64,000 nt of DNA from an uncultured Nitrososphaeraceae archaeon (GCA_963825865.1 CAWGVG010000015.1:32001-96000); one strand, 5' to 3'; counted from the first letter of the stretch, positions 29,726-44,630 are shown. Notes: generated by a model from the letters alone, not told the origin. Translations and numbers: made by a program.

Positions 29726-32700
29726 TTATTTGATATAAATTGCAGGTTTGAATGGTCTAGCAGACTTTGCTTTTAATCCAAGATCACGGTTTTCTGGTAA
29801 ATCATCTTCTTCATTCCCTTCCTCTCCTCTTGCTTCCTCCTGATAGACAGTTATGTGAGCCTGAGAATTTCCACTTTCCAAAGACAATAACATTCTAGCA
29901 TCATTTATAGGAAATATTTCATCAAAGTTTGCTGCCTAGTTTCAGTCTTCTGTTTCTTGCTTCAATTGGAGATGATAGAATGTCTTCTATTATTTTTCTT
30001 ATCAAGTTTGGATTAGTCTTTGCCTTTGTAGCTGTTTCTCGATCCTTGACTAGTTGTTTCATAATGTCTCCAAAGTTAGTTTTGCTTTCCAATAACATAG
30101 TTGCAAGAATCTTTTGATAGATTTGCAGTTTCCAACGCGCTGAAGTATAAATGACTATTTTTGTAGGAGTTATGCTAGTAACTTTGACAATCTTTTGTAG
30201 ATCGGATATCAAATTCATAATTAGCTCTTCTGATTCTTCTGCTACTGGATCGTTTTTATCTTCATCTACTATTGGCCAGCCGGCGAAAATAATAGAAGTT
30301 GTTGCTGATGATGAGGATGATGATGATAAGGATAAATTATCCGTACTGCCACCAATTTTTTCCCATACTTCTTCACTTATAAATGGCGCAAATGGAGCGA
30401 GCATCCTTATGCGAGCATCAAGAAACAAAGACAAGGTAGCGGCAATAATATATTCTCGTCTTTTGGCTTTGACTCTCTTCTTGTACCACTGCAAGTCTTG
30501 ATCAAGTGAATATAGTATAAGGTGTAATGCTTCTCTCGCTCTTAATTTCTCCATAGATATTGTAGTATTTGCAATAGTGTGCTGCAATTTGCTGATAAGC
30601 CATCTGTCTTCTAATTCCATTATTGTTTTTGGGACTTGTGTTGGTGTCTCTGCTTTTGGCTTAGTCTGATCCTGCTCTTTCTTCTTAATCGAGTACTCTA
30701 TTGCCATATCATAAATATCACATAGCTTGGACTGAATTCCCTTAACTGCATCAAATGAAAAATCAGCATCCTGTAAAAGCTCTGCTGAGGTCAGTATGGC
30801 CACACGAATTGCGTCAGCACTATGCTCTTTGATAGCAGCACGCAATGGAATAATATTTCCAAGCGATTTTGACATTTTTTTTCCTTCCATTAACACAGAT
30901 CCATTGACGACAATTTGCTTAGGCCAATTTTCCTCCTCAAAAATTGTTGAATGGTTAAAAATAAAAAATGACAAATGATTTGGAATTAAGTCTCTCCCAG
31001 AATGTCTAGCATCTACAGGATAAAAGTAGGAAAATTCGTTTCTTATCTGCTTAATTGATTCTGTAGAGATTTTGCAATCTGCAGCAACCTGCATGTTATC
31101 GCCCTTCCCCAATAGAATAAAATCAAAAAAAGAGTCCTTTAGATCATCAGTATTAATGATCGCATTATTAACATTACCATTAAGATACTTTGCAAGAATA
31201 TAGTACGCCATATAAATAACAGAGTCAGAGAGACTTTCGATAATCCACTCGTGATCCCAAGGTAATTTAGTACCAAGTCCTGATTTTCTTGCACATGCCC
31301 TCTCTCTTAACCAATCAATTACGTAGTTGAATTCCTGTCTAATTTCTTCTGGGACTATGATCATTGAGTTAATACATTTATGTGCTAAATCTTTCCATTT
31401 CTTATCACCATAATTTAGAAACCATTGATCATTCAACAGTTTAACCACACACTCAGTGCCACATCTGCATCTAACAGGTTTGTTTATCAGTTCAAACATT
31501 ATGTCAGCAGAACCAGTTGCAATAATTTCCTTCTTTATCTTTTCTTTTGCCTCATATACTGTCATACCTGCATACTTACCAGTATTTTGCGACATTTTTC
31601 CACTGTAAAATTCATAAGAGTATATCTCACTAGTGGCCTTTTCTAGTTGCGGATCCTGTTGATTCTTTATATTGAATTTCTTTATGATTTGCGCTGCAGG
31701 TATCATATTTTTATTATTATTAATGTCGCCAGAGTAGCTTTCTGATTCAATAATTGTTATAGGTTTTAGTTCTGCTACTTTTAACCGGAATTCATTATTG
31801 TTATTAATAGAAAGATCGTGTTTTAGATCTTCCAGAGCCTGATAATCATACGGGGCGTGTGCCGGAACAGACATTACAACTCCTGTGCCACTATCAGTAT
31901 CAACAAACAGTGCAGGATACAATGGAATTGAAACCTCTTTAATTGGGTCCTTAGCATATTTGCCGATTATTTCTTTTCCCTTTAAGGTAGACTCTATTGC
32001 AACTTGATGATTTAGAAATTCTAATTTTTTGGCAGCCTCATTGCTAACAATCCATCTTTCATTATCAATCTGTATTTTGACATATTCAATTTTTGGATTC
32101 ACCCAAAGGTTAGTGACACCATAAACAGTTTCCGGCCTCAGGGTTGCTGCTGGAATTATGGACCCATCTTCTAACTCATATTTAATCAGCGTATACTCAT
32201 TAAAGTCTGGTTCAACATCGCCAATAGTATCATGCTGGCTAACTGGGTTTTGGTCATTTGGACACCAACCAACTGGATGTGAGCCCTGTACAATCAACCC
32301 TTTTTTCAGCAGGGTTCTAAATTGCCATGAAATAAACTTTGAATATACTTTGTCGATGGTAGTAAATTCGCGTCTCCAGTCTATCGAATATCCCATCTCC
32401 TTCATGCCAAGTTTGATCTCATTATGAAAATAATTCGCAATTTTAACAGGCTCAACAAAGACTTGCTATGGTATTGTCCGAAACATGATAAATCTTCCGA
32501 AAGGTCTCAAATAGTTCTTCATCTCCAGATGCAACTCTACGTGACATCCCAAGAATAGGTGTTCCTGTGTAATGAAAACCCATTGGAAACAATACATTAT
32601 AGCCTTTCATTCTCATGTAACGAGCATGAGCATCAGCTAGAGTGTAAGTCCTTCCATGTCCGATATGTTGAGGGGAGTTTGGATAAGGGAAAGCTACTGT

Positions 32701-32838
32701 TATAAAATATTTTTTTTTGGTAAGATCGGGATCGCTATGGAAAATCTTTTTCTCTTCCCATATTTGACGCCATTTTTCTTCAATTGAATTCCAGCCTATT
32801 ATTTTTTTATTGTTAGTGGGATCGGTAGCGCTTGCCAT
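29726..32838 (-). CDS. leuS: Leucyl-tRNA synthetase; indels near 32450 and 29930
   Basis: [18 protein letters not shown]-terminal [11 protein letters not shown]. Confidence 0.97.
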
Positions 32839-32845
32839 GTTTCTA

Positions 32846-35580
32846 TTATCCTCTAATAGTTTTCATAACTAATTCTTCTGCCGAAAGCAAGGCTTCATTT
32901 ATTTTGTTCCCAAGCTTGATGCTGCCACCGCCCTGTCCAAATCTATCATCACCTCCTCCTGAACCCCCTAGTTGAACTGAAAGTTGTTTTGCTATATTAC
33001 CAGCCTTAATTTTCTTTCTGGCTTTTTCACCTACAAATACAACCACACGTATTCCATGGCTTTTTGACATCAATGCAACATAGATCAGGGATGGATCAAT
33101 TTCTATACATTTTTCACCTATGGCAATATAATATTCATCATCGAGTTCCTCATCATAAACACTGTAATATTTGATGCCATCGAGTGATAGTTGTTTTGCC
33201 TCATCAGATATTGAGTTTGCTATTGGAAGAGCTATTTTTCGGAGCATCGTTTTAATTTTTTTCTTTACCGCTTCTGTTTCTTCTATACTCTTTTGAAATG
33301 ATTCAACAATCTTTTCCTTGCTTGAACCCAGAGACTGTGCAATAGCAGTAAGCTGATTTTCCTGCTTTTGTATATAGTTTATCGCTGGTTCGCCAGCAAC
33401 AAATTCTAATCTGACTACACCATCTTGGATTCTTTCAGCTTTAGTAATTTTAATGATCCCTATTTCACCAGTCTTGTCGACATGGGTTCCACCGCAGGCT
33501 TCAATATCCCATCCCTCAACATTTACAATTCTGACGTTGTTAGTTGGAACTACACCGCCTTGATATATTCTAAAGGTGTACTTTTGTTCAGCATCACCAC
33601 GATCATATATCTTGATGGTGACCGGCAAATCTTGTCTGATTATATTGTTAGCAGTCTTTTCAATTCTCTCAACCTCTTCTCTATTCAGAGCAGAATGGTG
33701 CGTAACGTCAAGCCTGGCATAGTTTTCTTCTTTAAATGCCGAGTTCTGCCAGACCCACGATCCAAGGTTAAATCTGGCAGATGTATTGAGTACATGGGTA
33801 GCGGTATGATGTTGGGTAATCAAGTTCCGTCGTCGGTCATTTACAATTCCATGTACAGCTTTGCCTTCGGTAAAATTTCTAGTATCATGTAATTTATGAA
33901 CTACAATATGTGCTTGCTTTATAACTTCGAGCACCTTTGTACCATCAAGCTCGCCCGAATCAGGTTCTTGACCACCTCCACGTGGATAAAACGCAGTTTG
34001 ATCTAATATGACATATTTCGCGTCCACTACTTTGAGAACCTTGCTAGTAAATTCACGAATTGAATCATCTTCGTAATATAAAAGCCTTGTAGGTGCAAGA
34101 CCATCTATACCATAAATTGGTTTTTGAGTCTGTGCCGAATTTGGCTTGTATGAAGTTCAGCAAGTTTAGTATAGAATGTAGGTGGGATATTCTCTATAGC
34201 TCCGACTTCCATTAAAAAATCTGGAGTAATGCCATCGGATTCATACATCTTTACAAGATCATCGACCATTATTTTCTTTTTATTACTTTTGATAGAATTA
34301 GCAATTGCATTCATTCTTTCTCTAGACCCTACGTATCTGCTGGATTCAATCTGCAATATCGTCCTGACGTCTTCTCTATGCTCTTCAAGTTCCGGATACA
34401 TCTGCTTCAGATAATCAATATGCATGTCAGCGATATCTTCAAGTTTTACACTCCAACCTAATCTTTCCAAAATTGAAAGTGCCCTTCTTAGAATAACTCT
34501 AAGATTATACCCTCCGCCTATATTTGATGGCAAAGCGCCATCTGAGATCGAAAATAATAAAGTACGAGTATGATCTGCAATAGTGTAAATTGCTTCGTAA
34601 GGAGCGGTAATTTTTTCAAGTCTCTCATCGGATATTTTTAATTCTTTAGCAACCAATGATTTTAATGCTTTGATGTCACCGCGCATATCATCAAGTTTAC
34701 CAGAAGCTTGCTCCAAAGTATTTGGATAGAATATCTGAATTTTCAAGGGTTCCACCAATGTCAACCAATTTACTCACTACTGGACCAAAAGAGCAATCAT
34801 AACTTGTCGGTGTTCCCATTGTAATCCACGAAAATCGCTCAAGTCCTGCTCCCATATCGATAATCTTGTTAGCCATTACATGATAGTTGTTTTGGTTTCC
34901 TTCAAATTCGGTAAAGACAGCATTGCCCAGTTCGAGCCCGCACACAAAATATTCTAGAGAATAACCAAATGCACCTGCTCCCATCCAAACATCTTCTACA
35001 AAAGTAATTTCATCTGATTTTATTCCGAGTCCATTTGTAAGCAACCTATAATCCAACTCAATGCACCTGTCTTTCCAATATCCACCTGGTGCATCTGCGT
35101 TACAGATTTGCCCAATCATACAGAAACCTGTGTAGTGTCTGCCACTCAAGCCTACATTTTCAATGTCATTGAAGCGCAAGCACATTTGTGGAACAAGAAG
35201 GGGATTTGTAGGCAATTCAAAAACTACCTTGTTTTCCATTACTCTTTGAAAGTCGACAATTGATGCAATCGTAAAATACAGATCCTCACGCCATCTGCAT
35301 ACAACAGGATATCGTCTGATTACAGAGTGACCATTTGACTGAAAATACTCTTCTATTTTCTTCCAAGCATTAACGTAATCCAGTCGTTTGTTTGTCGGAG
35401 GTTTACCTATAAAGCTATAATCCTCATGATCTGGACAGAAAATCCTTTCAAACTGCGCCCAAAAGAATTTGCCGCAAGCGCTCATTTCTGTCGCCTAAAA
35501 CCCAGTCTATCAAATAATGATACTTTGTAATATCTATCAGGGTCAGATGAAAAAAGAGCAGCAAGTTCCTTTTTCTCCAA
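32846..35580 (-). CDS. alaS: Alanyl-tRNA synthetase; indels
   Basis: [24 protein letters not shown], editing motifs HTATH and CGGTH, GGSGGG tail. Confidence 0.97.
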
Positions 35581-36077
35581 TGCTTGCTATCCATAACTAG
35601 ATACAATATTAATGCTTTTATCAAGGTTAAAAAATAGAAAAATAAGACTTTGACAAATACTGATCTATAAATTTCTGGTATACTTCTTTTTGAGTAGAAT
35701 TATTGGCATCATCAATAAGTTGTGTGCTATCTCTCTATACTTTCTTTGAGTGTGAATCTTCAGATTTTAATACCTTTAGGAAGTCAATACAATGATGACG
35801 ATGACATAATCTTTTTCTTGTTAATCTTCAATTTCTAAAATCATTTTCCTCTGTTGGTGGAGGAAGGTATGTTTACTATCGAATAGACTGTAATCACTAT
35901 GCATTTGGAACAAGATATAATATTACAATAGATTTAGTTTTGTATACATAGACCAATACCAAAACCTAGTGGTTTATACGTTATTTATTTATAAAAATTG
36001 TTGTTCGAGAGTTCTATATTGAAAGGTTAAATTAACCTCTTCGGTATAAAACTCAAGAATAATTCGGGTCTTTAAAA

Positions 36078-37421
36078 TTGAGCGATATACTACAAGAGGA
36101 AGAGATGGGACAATGGAGAAGGACACATTATTCCTATGAAGTTAACTCAAAACTTAATGATAGGGAAGTAGTAATTATGGGATGGGTTTCAGCTATCCGT
36201 GACCATGGTAATATGCAATTTATCACCATAAGAGACAGATATGGAGATATACAAGTTATTGCAAAGAAAAGTGAATGTTCAGAGCGATTATTTGACCAAA
36301 TACAACAGATAAAAGAACACGCCTCAGTCGCGATTCGGGGAAAGGTTAGATCACAAGAAAAAGCACCTAGCGGTGCAGAGGTCATCCCATTAGAATTGAA
36401 GAGTATTTTCTATAGCCAAAAAAGCAGCTCCATTTATGATTCAAAGTAAAAATCATCTGTTGGTATTGATACGAGATTGGATTTGAGGGCGATAGACCTC
36501 CGCAGAAATTTTCTTAAGAAGTATTTTCCATATTCGTCACACTGCTTTAAATGCAATCAGGGAATTTTTGTACAGAACAAGGATTTATCGAAGTAAATAC
36601 CCCAAAAATGATTGCTACTGCTACAGAAGGAGGTGCCGCATTATTTCCAATATTTTACTACGACAGAGAAGCATTTTTGGCGCAAAGTCCTCAGTTGTAT
36701 AAAGAACAATTGACTATGGCTTTTGAAATGTGTTTGAAATAGGACCAATATTTAGAGCGGAGCCATCACGCACTAATAGACATCTTTCAGAAGCAATATC
36801 TATTGACGTTGAGAAGGCATTTGTAGACTACAACGATATAATGCAACTACTTGAAAAGATGATCGCATATATTATTGATTCGATTAAAGAAAAGAACAAA
36901 AATGAGTTGATTATCTTAATCTTGCAATTCCCAAATATCGAATTGCCGTTCCCAAAATATTCCTATTCTGACTAATAATTAGCAAGTTACAGGAGTACAG
37001 GAGAACGTATTAGATGGGGAGATGATCTTCCACCACAAACAATGAAAAACTTGCAAGACGATAGAACTAATGGATTTTATTTTATTACTGATTGGCCTAC
37101 TTCTATAAAACCCTTTTATGTTAAGACCAAAGTTGAGGGTCGATGAGAGATGTGTGAGTCGTTTGATCTCATGTACGGATCTCTTGAGATATCATCAGGC
37201 AGTACAAGAATAAACAGGAAGGACGAGTTATTGGAAAGAATGAAAAAACAGGGATTAAATACACAGCATTTGACTATCATCTTCGAGTATTTGATTATGG
37301 GGTTCCACCTCATGCTGGATTTGGATTGGGTCTAGAGCGTTTACTTATGGCTATTACACAATGCGACAACATACGTGATGTAACACTATATCCAAGAGAC
37401 ATAGATAGGCTGACACCGTAA
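36078..37421 (+). CDS. aspS: Aspartyl-tRNA synthetase, probably non-discriminating; indels
   Basis: RTHYS, OB fold, [31 protein letters not shown]; upstream of gatCAB. Confidence 0.95.
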
Positions 37422-37453
37422 GAAAGATGAGTATTGATAGAAGTGAATATATC

Positions 37454-37733
37454 ATGGTTTCTAATGACGAAATAATAACATATCTGTGTAGACTTTCACA
37501 GATTAGAATTAACAGATGAAGAGATTATAAGATATGAATCCCAGATTGAAGAAATAATCAGATATTTGGATAAATTGGATAGTGTGATCGTTGGCTGAAA
37601 TGTGAGACCTACTTCATTCAAAGAAAGAATTTTCATGAATTAAGAGAAGACAATGCAGAATCTTTCGAAGGTGATGCCTTGGGAATATCAAGAATAGAAA
37701 GGGCGGTTTTGTTAAAGGACCAATGATGCTTAA
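37454..37733 (+). CDS. gatC: Asp/Glu-tRNA amidotransferase subunit C; indels
   Basis: MVSNDEIITYLCRLS..., LRED, GFVKGP; position between aspS and gatA. Confidence 0.75.
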
Positions 37734-39189
37734 TAATTTGTCTAAATTATACAATCTCTCTGCAGATGAGGTTAATGCAGGCATTAGGAATCGGGATTTT
37801 ACTGCAGAAGAGTATATTTGCCAGATTCTGGAACGAATAGACAAAATTAATGTGAAAGTTAACGCGTTATATCCACTAGATAGAGAAGGCGCATTAGGAA
37901 ACAGCCCGTTTAATAGATAAAAAAATACATGACAAAGAAAAAAACATTGGGCCACTTGCTGGTGTGGCAATAGGTATTAAAGATAATATATGCACAAAGG
38001 GCTTGAAAACTACTTGTGCTTCAAAAATGCTTGAGGAATATGTTCCACCATATGATGCAACAGTAGTTAGGCGATTGAAAGACAATGGTGCAATTATAAT
38101 TGGGAAATTAAATCTTGATGAGTTTGCAATGGGCTCTAGCACAGAGTTTAGCAGGTACGGACCAACTCGTAATCCATGGAATATAGATTATGTTGCTGGA
38201 GGGTCATCTGGTGGCAGTGCCGCAAGCGTTGCCGCATCAGAAGTGCCAGTGTCATTAGGTTCGGATACAGGCGGATCTAGTTAGATGTCCTGCCAGTTTT
38301 TGTTCGGTAGTAGGTCTAAAACCTACATATGGTAGGTTAGCGGTTTGGACTTATACCATATGCCAATAGTCTAGAGCAGATTGGACCACTGGGCAAAACA
38401 GTATCTGATGTTGTGACGATCATGAATACCATCGCAGGTAGCAGACGAATAACGATCAGACTGTCCAAGCTACGTATAGACGTACCAGATTATATTCTCT
38501 CATCCTAAAAAAAAATTCGTATTGGATTAGTAAAGAATTAGCTGAAGGAGCTGACCCACGAAATTTCAAAATGCATCTATTCGCTATGGATTTATTTTCA
38601 CAGTCAGATTGTAAATGTGAGGAAACATCAATGAATTACATTGAATATGCTCTTGCATCATACTACACAATAGCAATGGCTGAAGCCAGCAGTAATCTTG
38701 CTAGATATGATAATATTCGCTATGGTTTCGATTCTAGCTCCTGACGGTTATGAATGGAATGCATATTTTGCAAAGGTCGAAGCAACTTTGGTGGAGAGGT
38801 TAAAAGGAGAATAATTATTGGATCATATGTTCTTTCATCAGGCATATTATGGAAAATATTACATGAAAGCTCAAAAGATTAGAAATTGTTGAAACAAGAA
38901 ATAACCTCATTATACAAAAAATATGATGTTTTGATAGCACCTACAATGCCTATTTTACCTTTAAATTTGGTGAAAAGATAGATGATCCATTAAAGATGTA
39001 TAGGTTGATGTTGATACGGTAATTGCAAATCTTACTGGTATACCTGCGATATCTATGCCAGCTGGATTTAGCAATGGTCTTCCTATAGGTTTGCAAATAA
39101 TGGCGATGAGTCACAAGAGCAAAATTGTTCGATGCAGCATTCATTGTTTGAGAGTACAGACTAATGTTCAGAGGAGTCCTGAACTATAA
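37726..39189 (+). CDS. gatA: Asp/Glu-tRNA amidotransferase subunit A; many indels
   Basis: [38 protein letters not shown]. Confidence 0.93.
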
Positions 39190-39193
39190 TGTA

Positions 39194-40663
39194 ATGGACA
39201 AGATGAAAGTTCCAAATAAAAATTGGTCTTGAGATTCATTGTCAACTAACACGTCTTCAGAGTAAATTATTTTGTTCATGCCATTGTGATTATCGTGAGT
39301 AAGGAGCCTAACCAGAATATATGTCCAATATGTTGTGGACTTCCAGGAACGCTCCCACTTTTGAATCAAAAAGCAGTAGAATTTGCCAGCATGATATCAT
39401 TTGCTTTAGGTTGTAAAATTCCAAGTAAGATAATATTTTATCGAAAGAATTACTTTTATCTTGATCTTCCGAAAAACTTTCAATTGACCCAATATAATGC
39501 ATACGGAATTACTAGCATTGGAGTGGATGGAAGAGTTAGAGTATGGAGACAAAAAATATGCTAGAATTCGAAGAGTTCAGCTTGAAGAAGACCCAGGAAG
39601 ATTAGTTTATGAAGAAAGTAATATCGATACGAGTTTTTATACGCTAATAGATTACAACAGAGCAGGAGTTTCTCTAGTAGAAATTATTACTGAGCCAGAT
39701 TTTACTGATCCAAGAGATGTTCGCATATTCCTCAATAAAATTACTTCCGCTATCGAACACTTGGGAGTATGCAATATCAAGCTGGAAGGCGCGGTTAGAT
39801 GCGATGCAAACATTTCAGTTGTAGGAGGAAAAAGAGTTGAGATCAAAAATATTGGATCATTTAAGGAAACCGAAAAAGCTCTCAATTATGAGATTACAAG
39901 GCAAAAAGCAATGTCAATACATGAGATAGAAATTAAAGCAGAAACACGACACTGGGATGATTCAAGGAAAGTGACCAAACAGGCCAGGGCAAAAGAGGAA
40001 GAACAGGATTATCGATACTTTCCTGAACCGGATATCCCGACAATGATTTTGGGTAACGAATTTTTATCTTCGCTCAAGGCAAAAATACCAGAGCTTCCTG
40101 ATGAGAGAAAAAGCCGTTTTATTACGGATTATGGACTTTCTGAACATGTGTCTCAGGTTCTAATTGATAACAAAGAACTTGCTGACTTTTTTGAATCTGC
40201 AGTCAAAATTTATTCATCACCAAAGGAAATAGCAAATTGGATCGTTTCTGACCTTATGAGATTCATGGATGTGGATCATCATAAGCATTCAAAAGAAGAA
40301 GGTTCTTTGTTTTCTGAGTTGAAAATAGAAGCAAAACATATTGCGGAACTGGCGAAACTGGTTGATCAGAATACGATAAACAGGAACACTGCAAAAAAGA
40401 TCCTCAACCACATAATAAAAACTGGAGAAATGCCATCACAACTGGTCGAAGAGGCAGATGCTTCCAAGATAGATGACAGGAGAGTTATCTCAGAAACTAT
40501 AGAATCAATCTTTGAGTCTGAAAAATCTGCTGTAAAGGATGCAAGACGAAACCCAAATGCAGCCAATTTTTTGCTTGGTAAGATTATGCAATTAACAAAG
40601 GGAAGAGTAGACCCACAGATTGCACTTGATTTAATAAACAGAAAATTAATTGACACAGACTAA
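39194..40663 (+). CDS. gatB: Asp/Glu-tRNA amidotransferase subunit B; indels
   Basis: [36 protein letters not shown]. Confidence 0.95.
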
Positions 40664-41918
40664 TCTCCTTTCATTTTTTTGGGTGGTATCATCATCTGCT
40701 CCAAATGTTGTATGACCATAGGCAAGAAAGCACCTACATCTGTTACAATTCCAATGGCTTGGGAAGTTCCTCTATCGAGAAGCTTTGTTACAACTGACTG
40801 ACTTATGTCAACAGCAACGACCTTGACTGTTGCAGGCAACATATTCCCGACAGCAATAGAGTGCAACATTGTAGATAGCATCAAGACCATTTCTGCACCT
40901 TTTAGTAATTGTTTATATTTTCGTTGTGCTTCAACAATATCTGTGACAACATCGGGAATTGGCCCATCATCTCTAACCGAGCCAGCCAATACGAATGGAA
41001 CATTGTTAGTATACATTCATACATCACGCCACTTTTTAGAACTCCTTTTCGAACCATCGCTTTTAAAGATCCAGCCTTAAAAACTTCATTAATTGCCTGC
41101 ATATGATTTCTATGGCCTCTTACCGCGAGCGTACCATCAATTACATGCATTCCTAACGAAGTTCCCATCAACGCATTTTCTATATCATGAACTGCAATGG
41201 CATTGCCAGCCAATAGTCCATGTACATATCCCATTCGAATCAATTTTGCAAGAGATTCTGACGCGCCTGAGTGAACAAGGACTGGTCCCGAAACCACTAA
41301 TATTTTCCCGCCCGCCTCCTTAGTATTATAAATGTCAGTTGCCACCTTTTGAGCAATTTGTTGTGTTGGCCGCTCGCTGGAACTATTGCTGCTCATAAAT
41401 TGAAAAATGTCGACACCTTCTCGTGGACGTTCTTGTGGAATTATCCTCACCCCTTGCTCCCCTACAATTATCATGTCTCCTTTTTTTACATCACGTATCA
41501 TTTTACACTCTGCTTTTTTTTTCTCAATATCTAATACTATACACTTGTCCATCATGATATTTTCTACGTCAATCCATGAACCATCATAATATACCTGTGT
41601 AGCGTTGTTTGTCGTGCTGTAAAAGTTGTCAGGCATCACCATATCTTTCACAGCTGGTTCAATAATGACTTGTCGAATAAATATGGGCTGTGCTCCTTCT
41701 CTATAGACTGATTCTAATAACTGATCCAGCTCTTGCTGGTTTTTGCCTCGAATTAAAAGACGAGCATAACTGGATTCTTTCTTTCTCTTTCCGACATTAA
41801 ATTCGAGAACTTGAAAATCACCTTTTAGATCCATGACTTTGTCAAAGATTCTTGTTAGTATCATAGAATCAATAAGATGGCCCTTTACTTCAATCTCTTG
41901 TTCATATTTTTCTCTCAA
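40660..41918 (-). CDS. TIGR00300 family (LOR/SDH-like, ornithine cyclodeaminase-type) protein; indel near 41010
   Basis: [39 protein letters not shown]. Confidence 0.9.
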
Positions 41919-41966
41919 TTGCCTCTAAGAACAATTTATTGCCTATTGCTACTACTTAAGCATTAA

Positions 41967-42296
41967 TTATACTGGGAGCGACAGTTTACCAAAGTATTCG
42001 TTCAGACCCTGTTCTGCGATAATTTTAGCAATGATCTCGTTTTTGGTTTCCTCAGTGAACCATTGAGCAATTGATTTTGCTATACCATTTTTATCGCAAA
42101 AAGCTATCAAGTATCTATCAGCTTCCTTAACGAGGGCAAATAAATTCTCTTCTCCTACTGGTTCCCATTTATTGTCCTTATTGTCTTTTAACGCCAGAGC
42201 AGGCATGGCGTGTCCTGTATATCGAGTCAAAAGCTCCTGAGCGGCTTTTACGCGCTTTTCACCTATCTTCAGAGCAGCAAAGTACCTGCATGACAC
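41967..42296 (-). CDS. Hypothetical protein
   Basis: 109-aa intact ORF within an operon. Confidence 0.75.
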   Translation of the reverse strand: MSCRYFAALKIGEKRVKAAQELLTRYTGHAMPALALKDNKDNKWEPVGEENLFALVKEADRYLIAFCDKNGIAKSIAQWFTEETKNEIIAKIIAEQGLNEYFGKLSLPV

Positions 42297-42298
42297 TG

Positions 42299-42865
42299 CT
42301 ATATTATTGAAATGGGTTTTAAAGCATTTAGGAGCTCTGTTATAAAGTTAGGTTTATCAATTGATAGATGCTCTACAGCAGAATTGAAAAACCTAGCAAG
42401 TAATTTGTGAGAATAACCTTCCTTTGCATACTGTCTAGCCTGCAATGCCATCTCTAGTTTATCTACTCCATGGACAAAGCGAGCCACATCTGTTTTGTTC
42501 GACATGTATTCTTGCCATATTTTTTTATAATTTAATCGAATATCATAAGGCAAGGAACACAAAATAGAATTCATTGCATTTCTTTCTTCTAATAATTTCC
42601 TCTTTTTAGTAACTTCACCAGGCATGTAATCTCCTATTATAGATTCAGCTAAATCATGAAGAATTACCATTTTCAAAACCCGTTCCGTGTCTAACTCTAG
42701 TAAATCTGACAAAACCATGCTTATTGCACACATAGAATATGTGTGGTCTGCTACAGATTCAGGATTATGGACTTTTACCTTTGAAATCCATCCGGCTCTT
42801 TTTACACGTTTAAGCTGTAAAACGGACTGAAAAAATTGAGTTGGATCTATTTGTTTTTTCACCAT
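42299..42865 (-). CDS. HD-domain hydrolase (YfbR/HDDC2-like)
   Basis: RAGW, ESVADH, HDLAES, DKLEM. Confidence 0.9.
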   Translation of the reverse strand: MVKKQIDPTQFFQSVLQLKRVKRAGWISKVKVHNPESVADHTYSMCAISMVLSDLLELDTERVLKMVILHDLAESIIGDYMPGEVTKKRKLLEERNAMNSILCSLPYDIRLNYKKIWQEYMSNKTDVARFVHGVDKLEMALQARQYAKEGYSHKLLARFFNSAVEHLSIDKPNFITELLNALKPISII

Positions 42866-43232
42866 TTCAGAATGTCATCTTTAGCTAACTCAAATCATCT
42901 GTTTTATTTATCTATGTACCCTTTGAGTTCTTTTAAATAAATTGAATTGACGATAAGGAAATGAAACAGAATTATGAACATTTGACTTTTGGTAGGTATT
43001 GTGCTCAAAGTAAAAGTGTATGCCTTCAAGTTGACTTCAATTTTAGACTTACTGGAAGGCTTGCAACGGATCTTAAGGGACTTGAACCAGATGGTGAAAA
43101 AATATGCAAAAATACTTGTTAGGATGGACTTAATTACTCTAAAAACTACAAGTAACACAGCACAGAATCCATAATAATTAATACTGAACCTTACCACATG
43201 CTACTATTACATTTGAAATTATTTTCATATTT

Positions 43233-43811
43233 TTAGGAAGATTTCCATGCTACATCCTCAATCTTAAGACGTTTATTTACCAACCTTGCTCCGACAAAAA
43301 AGAGGTCTGAAAGTCGATTCAGATAAATTAGGATCAGTAAATTTATTCTTTGGCTTTTTGAGAGTGTTACAACAGCAGTTTCAGCTCTTCGAGTAATACT
43401 TCTACTTATATGAAGGAATGAAGATTCAACGCTTCCTCCCGGCAGTATGAAGAAGGAGATTGGGACAAGTTCAGTTTCAAATTCATCAATTGCTGATTCT
43501 AAATATAATACCATCTTTGCCTCGGCACGTGGAGTTTTGTATTGGTTTTTTATAGGGTATCTAGGATCAGCCAAATCAGAGCCAATAGTGAATAGGTCAT
43601 TTTGAATCTTTATGAGAATATCAATGAGATCTGAAAACAGGTTTCTATTCTTTAAATTTAGTAATGAAATAACTAACCCAACATTTGAATTTAATTCATC
43701 TATCAAACCATAAGCAATTATTCTTCGATCATTTTTGGAGATGCGTTTACCACCAATGAGGCCAGTTTCGCCTTTATCTCCAGCTTTAGTATAAATTTTC
43801 ATACAGTACAA
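43233..43811 (-). CDS. pduO: ATP:cob(I)alamin adenosyltransferase, PduO type
   Basis: IYTKAGDKGET, DELNS, FILPGG, RRAE, NRLSD. Confidence 0.93.
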   Translation of the reverse strand: MYCMKIYTKAGDKGETGLIGGKRISKNDRRIIAYGLIDELNSNVGLVISLLNLKNRNLFSDLIDILIKIQNDLFTIGSDLADPRYPIKNQYKTPRAEAKMVLYLESAIDEFETELVPISFFILPGGSVESSFLHISRSITRRAETAVVTLSKSQRINLLILIYLNRLSDLFFVGARLVNKRLKIEDVAWKSS

Positions 43812-44286
43812 CGGAAGCTATTGATATAATTAATTTCGTTTATTATGAAAATAGAAACTCATAGCTTGTTAGCTTTTAAAAACTGGATCCACACTACCAT
43901 GCACACCCTTACCTTTTAAAATTTCACTAGCTGATTTTCTATAACAGGAAGCTGAATCTCTATATATAGTATAGCACTTAGTGTAGCACAGCTATCATTA
44001 TAACTAAAAGGTGTAGATAGATTCAACTCAGAAGTTTTTATTATTATTGTATCATATTATTTCATATTAATTACCCAAATTATCATTATAAGTAATTATT
44101 TTATTGATCATCAAACTTCGACACAAAATTTAATAACTAAAGTCAAATGCCAAAATCAACCGCTCGCCTATATTGAGTGATTATACTAACGGATTATAAT
44201 GCTTCATACGTTTGCTAAAAAAAGTATGGAGAAAATTGCTTATTCTACTCCTTCTCTGTACGCGGAGACATCCTTATAAAATGAAT

Positions 44287-44458
44287 TTAGTAGGAATGGA
44301 CATCAGATTTATGCTCCCGTAGAGTATTTCTTCTTCTTGAACCGTTCGTTACATTTTTCGCATTTAAAGGGTCTTTCGAACTCCAAAAGAAAACGTTTTT
44401 TTCTCTCTGCTGGACTTTCAATAATAGAGTCTGATCCGGTTTCCGCCATTTTGTTCAT
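44287..44458 (-). CDS. Small C2H2 zinc-finger protein; one indel
   Basis: RPFKCEKCNERFKKK..LREHKSDVHSY. Confidence 0.6.
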
Positions 44459-44630
44459 AGTTAGTTATGATAAAAAATGTTTCTATGTTTATTTACCTTA
44501 AGTATGATAATTACATTAAACTTATTCTAATTAGTATACTTGTCAGATAATAGCTAAATTTTCAGTCTACAATTCATTTATCTTCATAAGACAAGATTAT
44601 ATAGGATTTATTCAGCTACGTTAGACACAT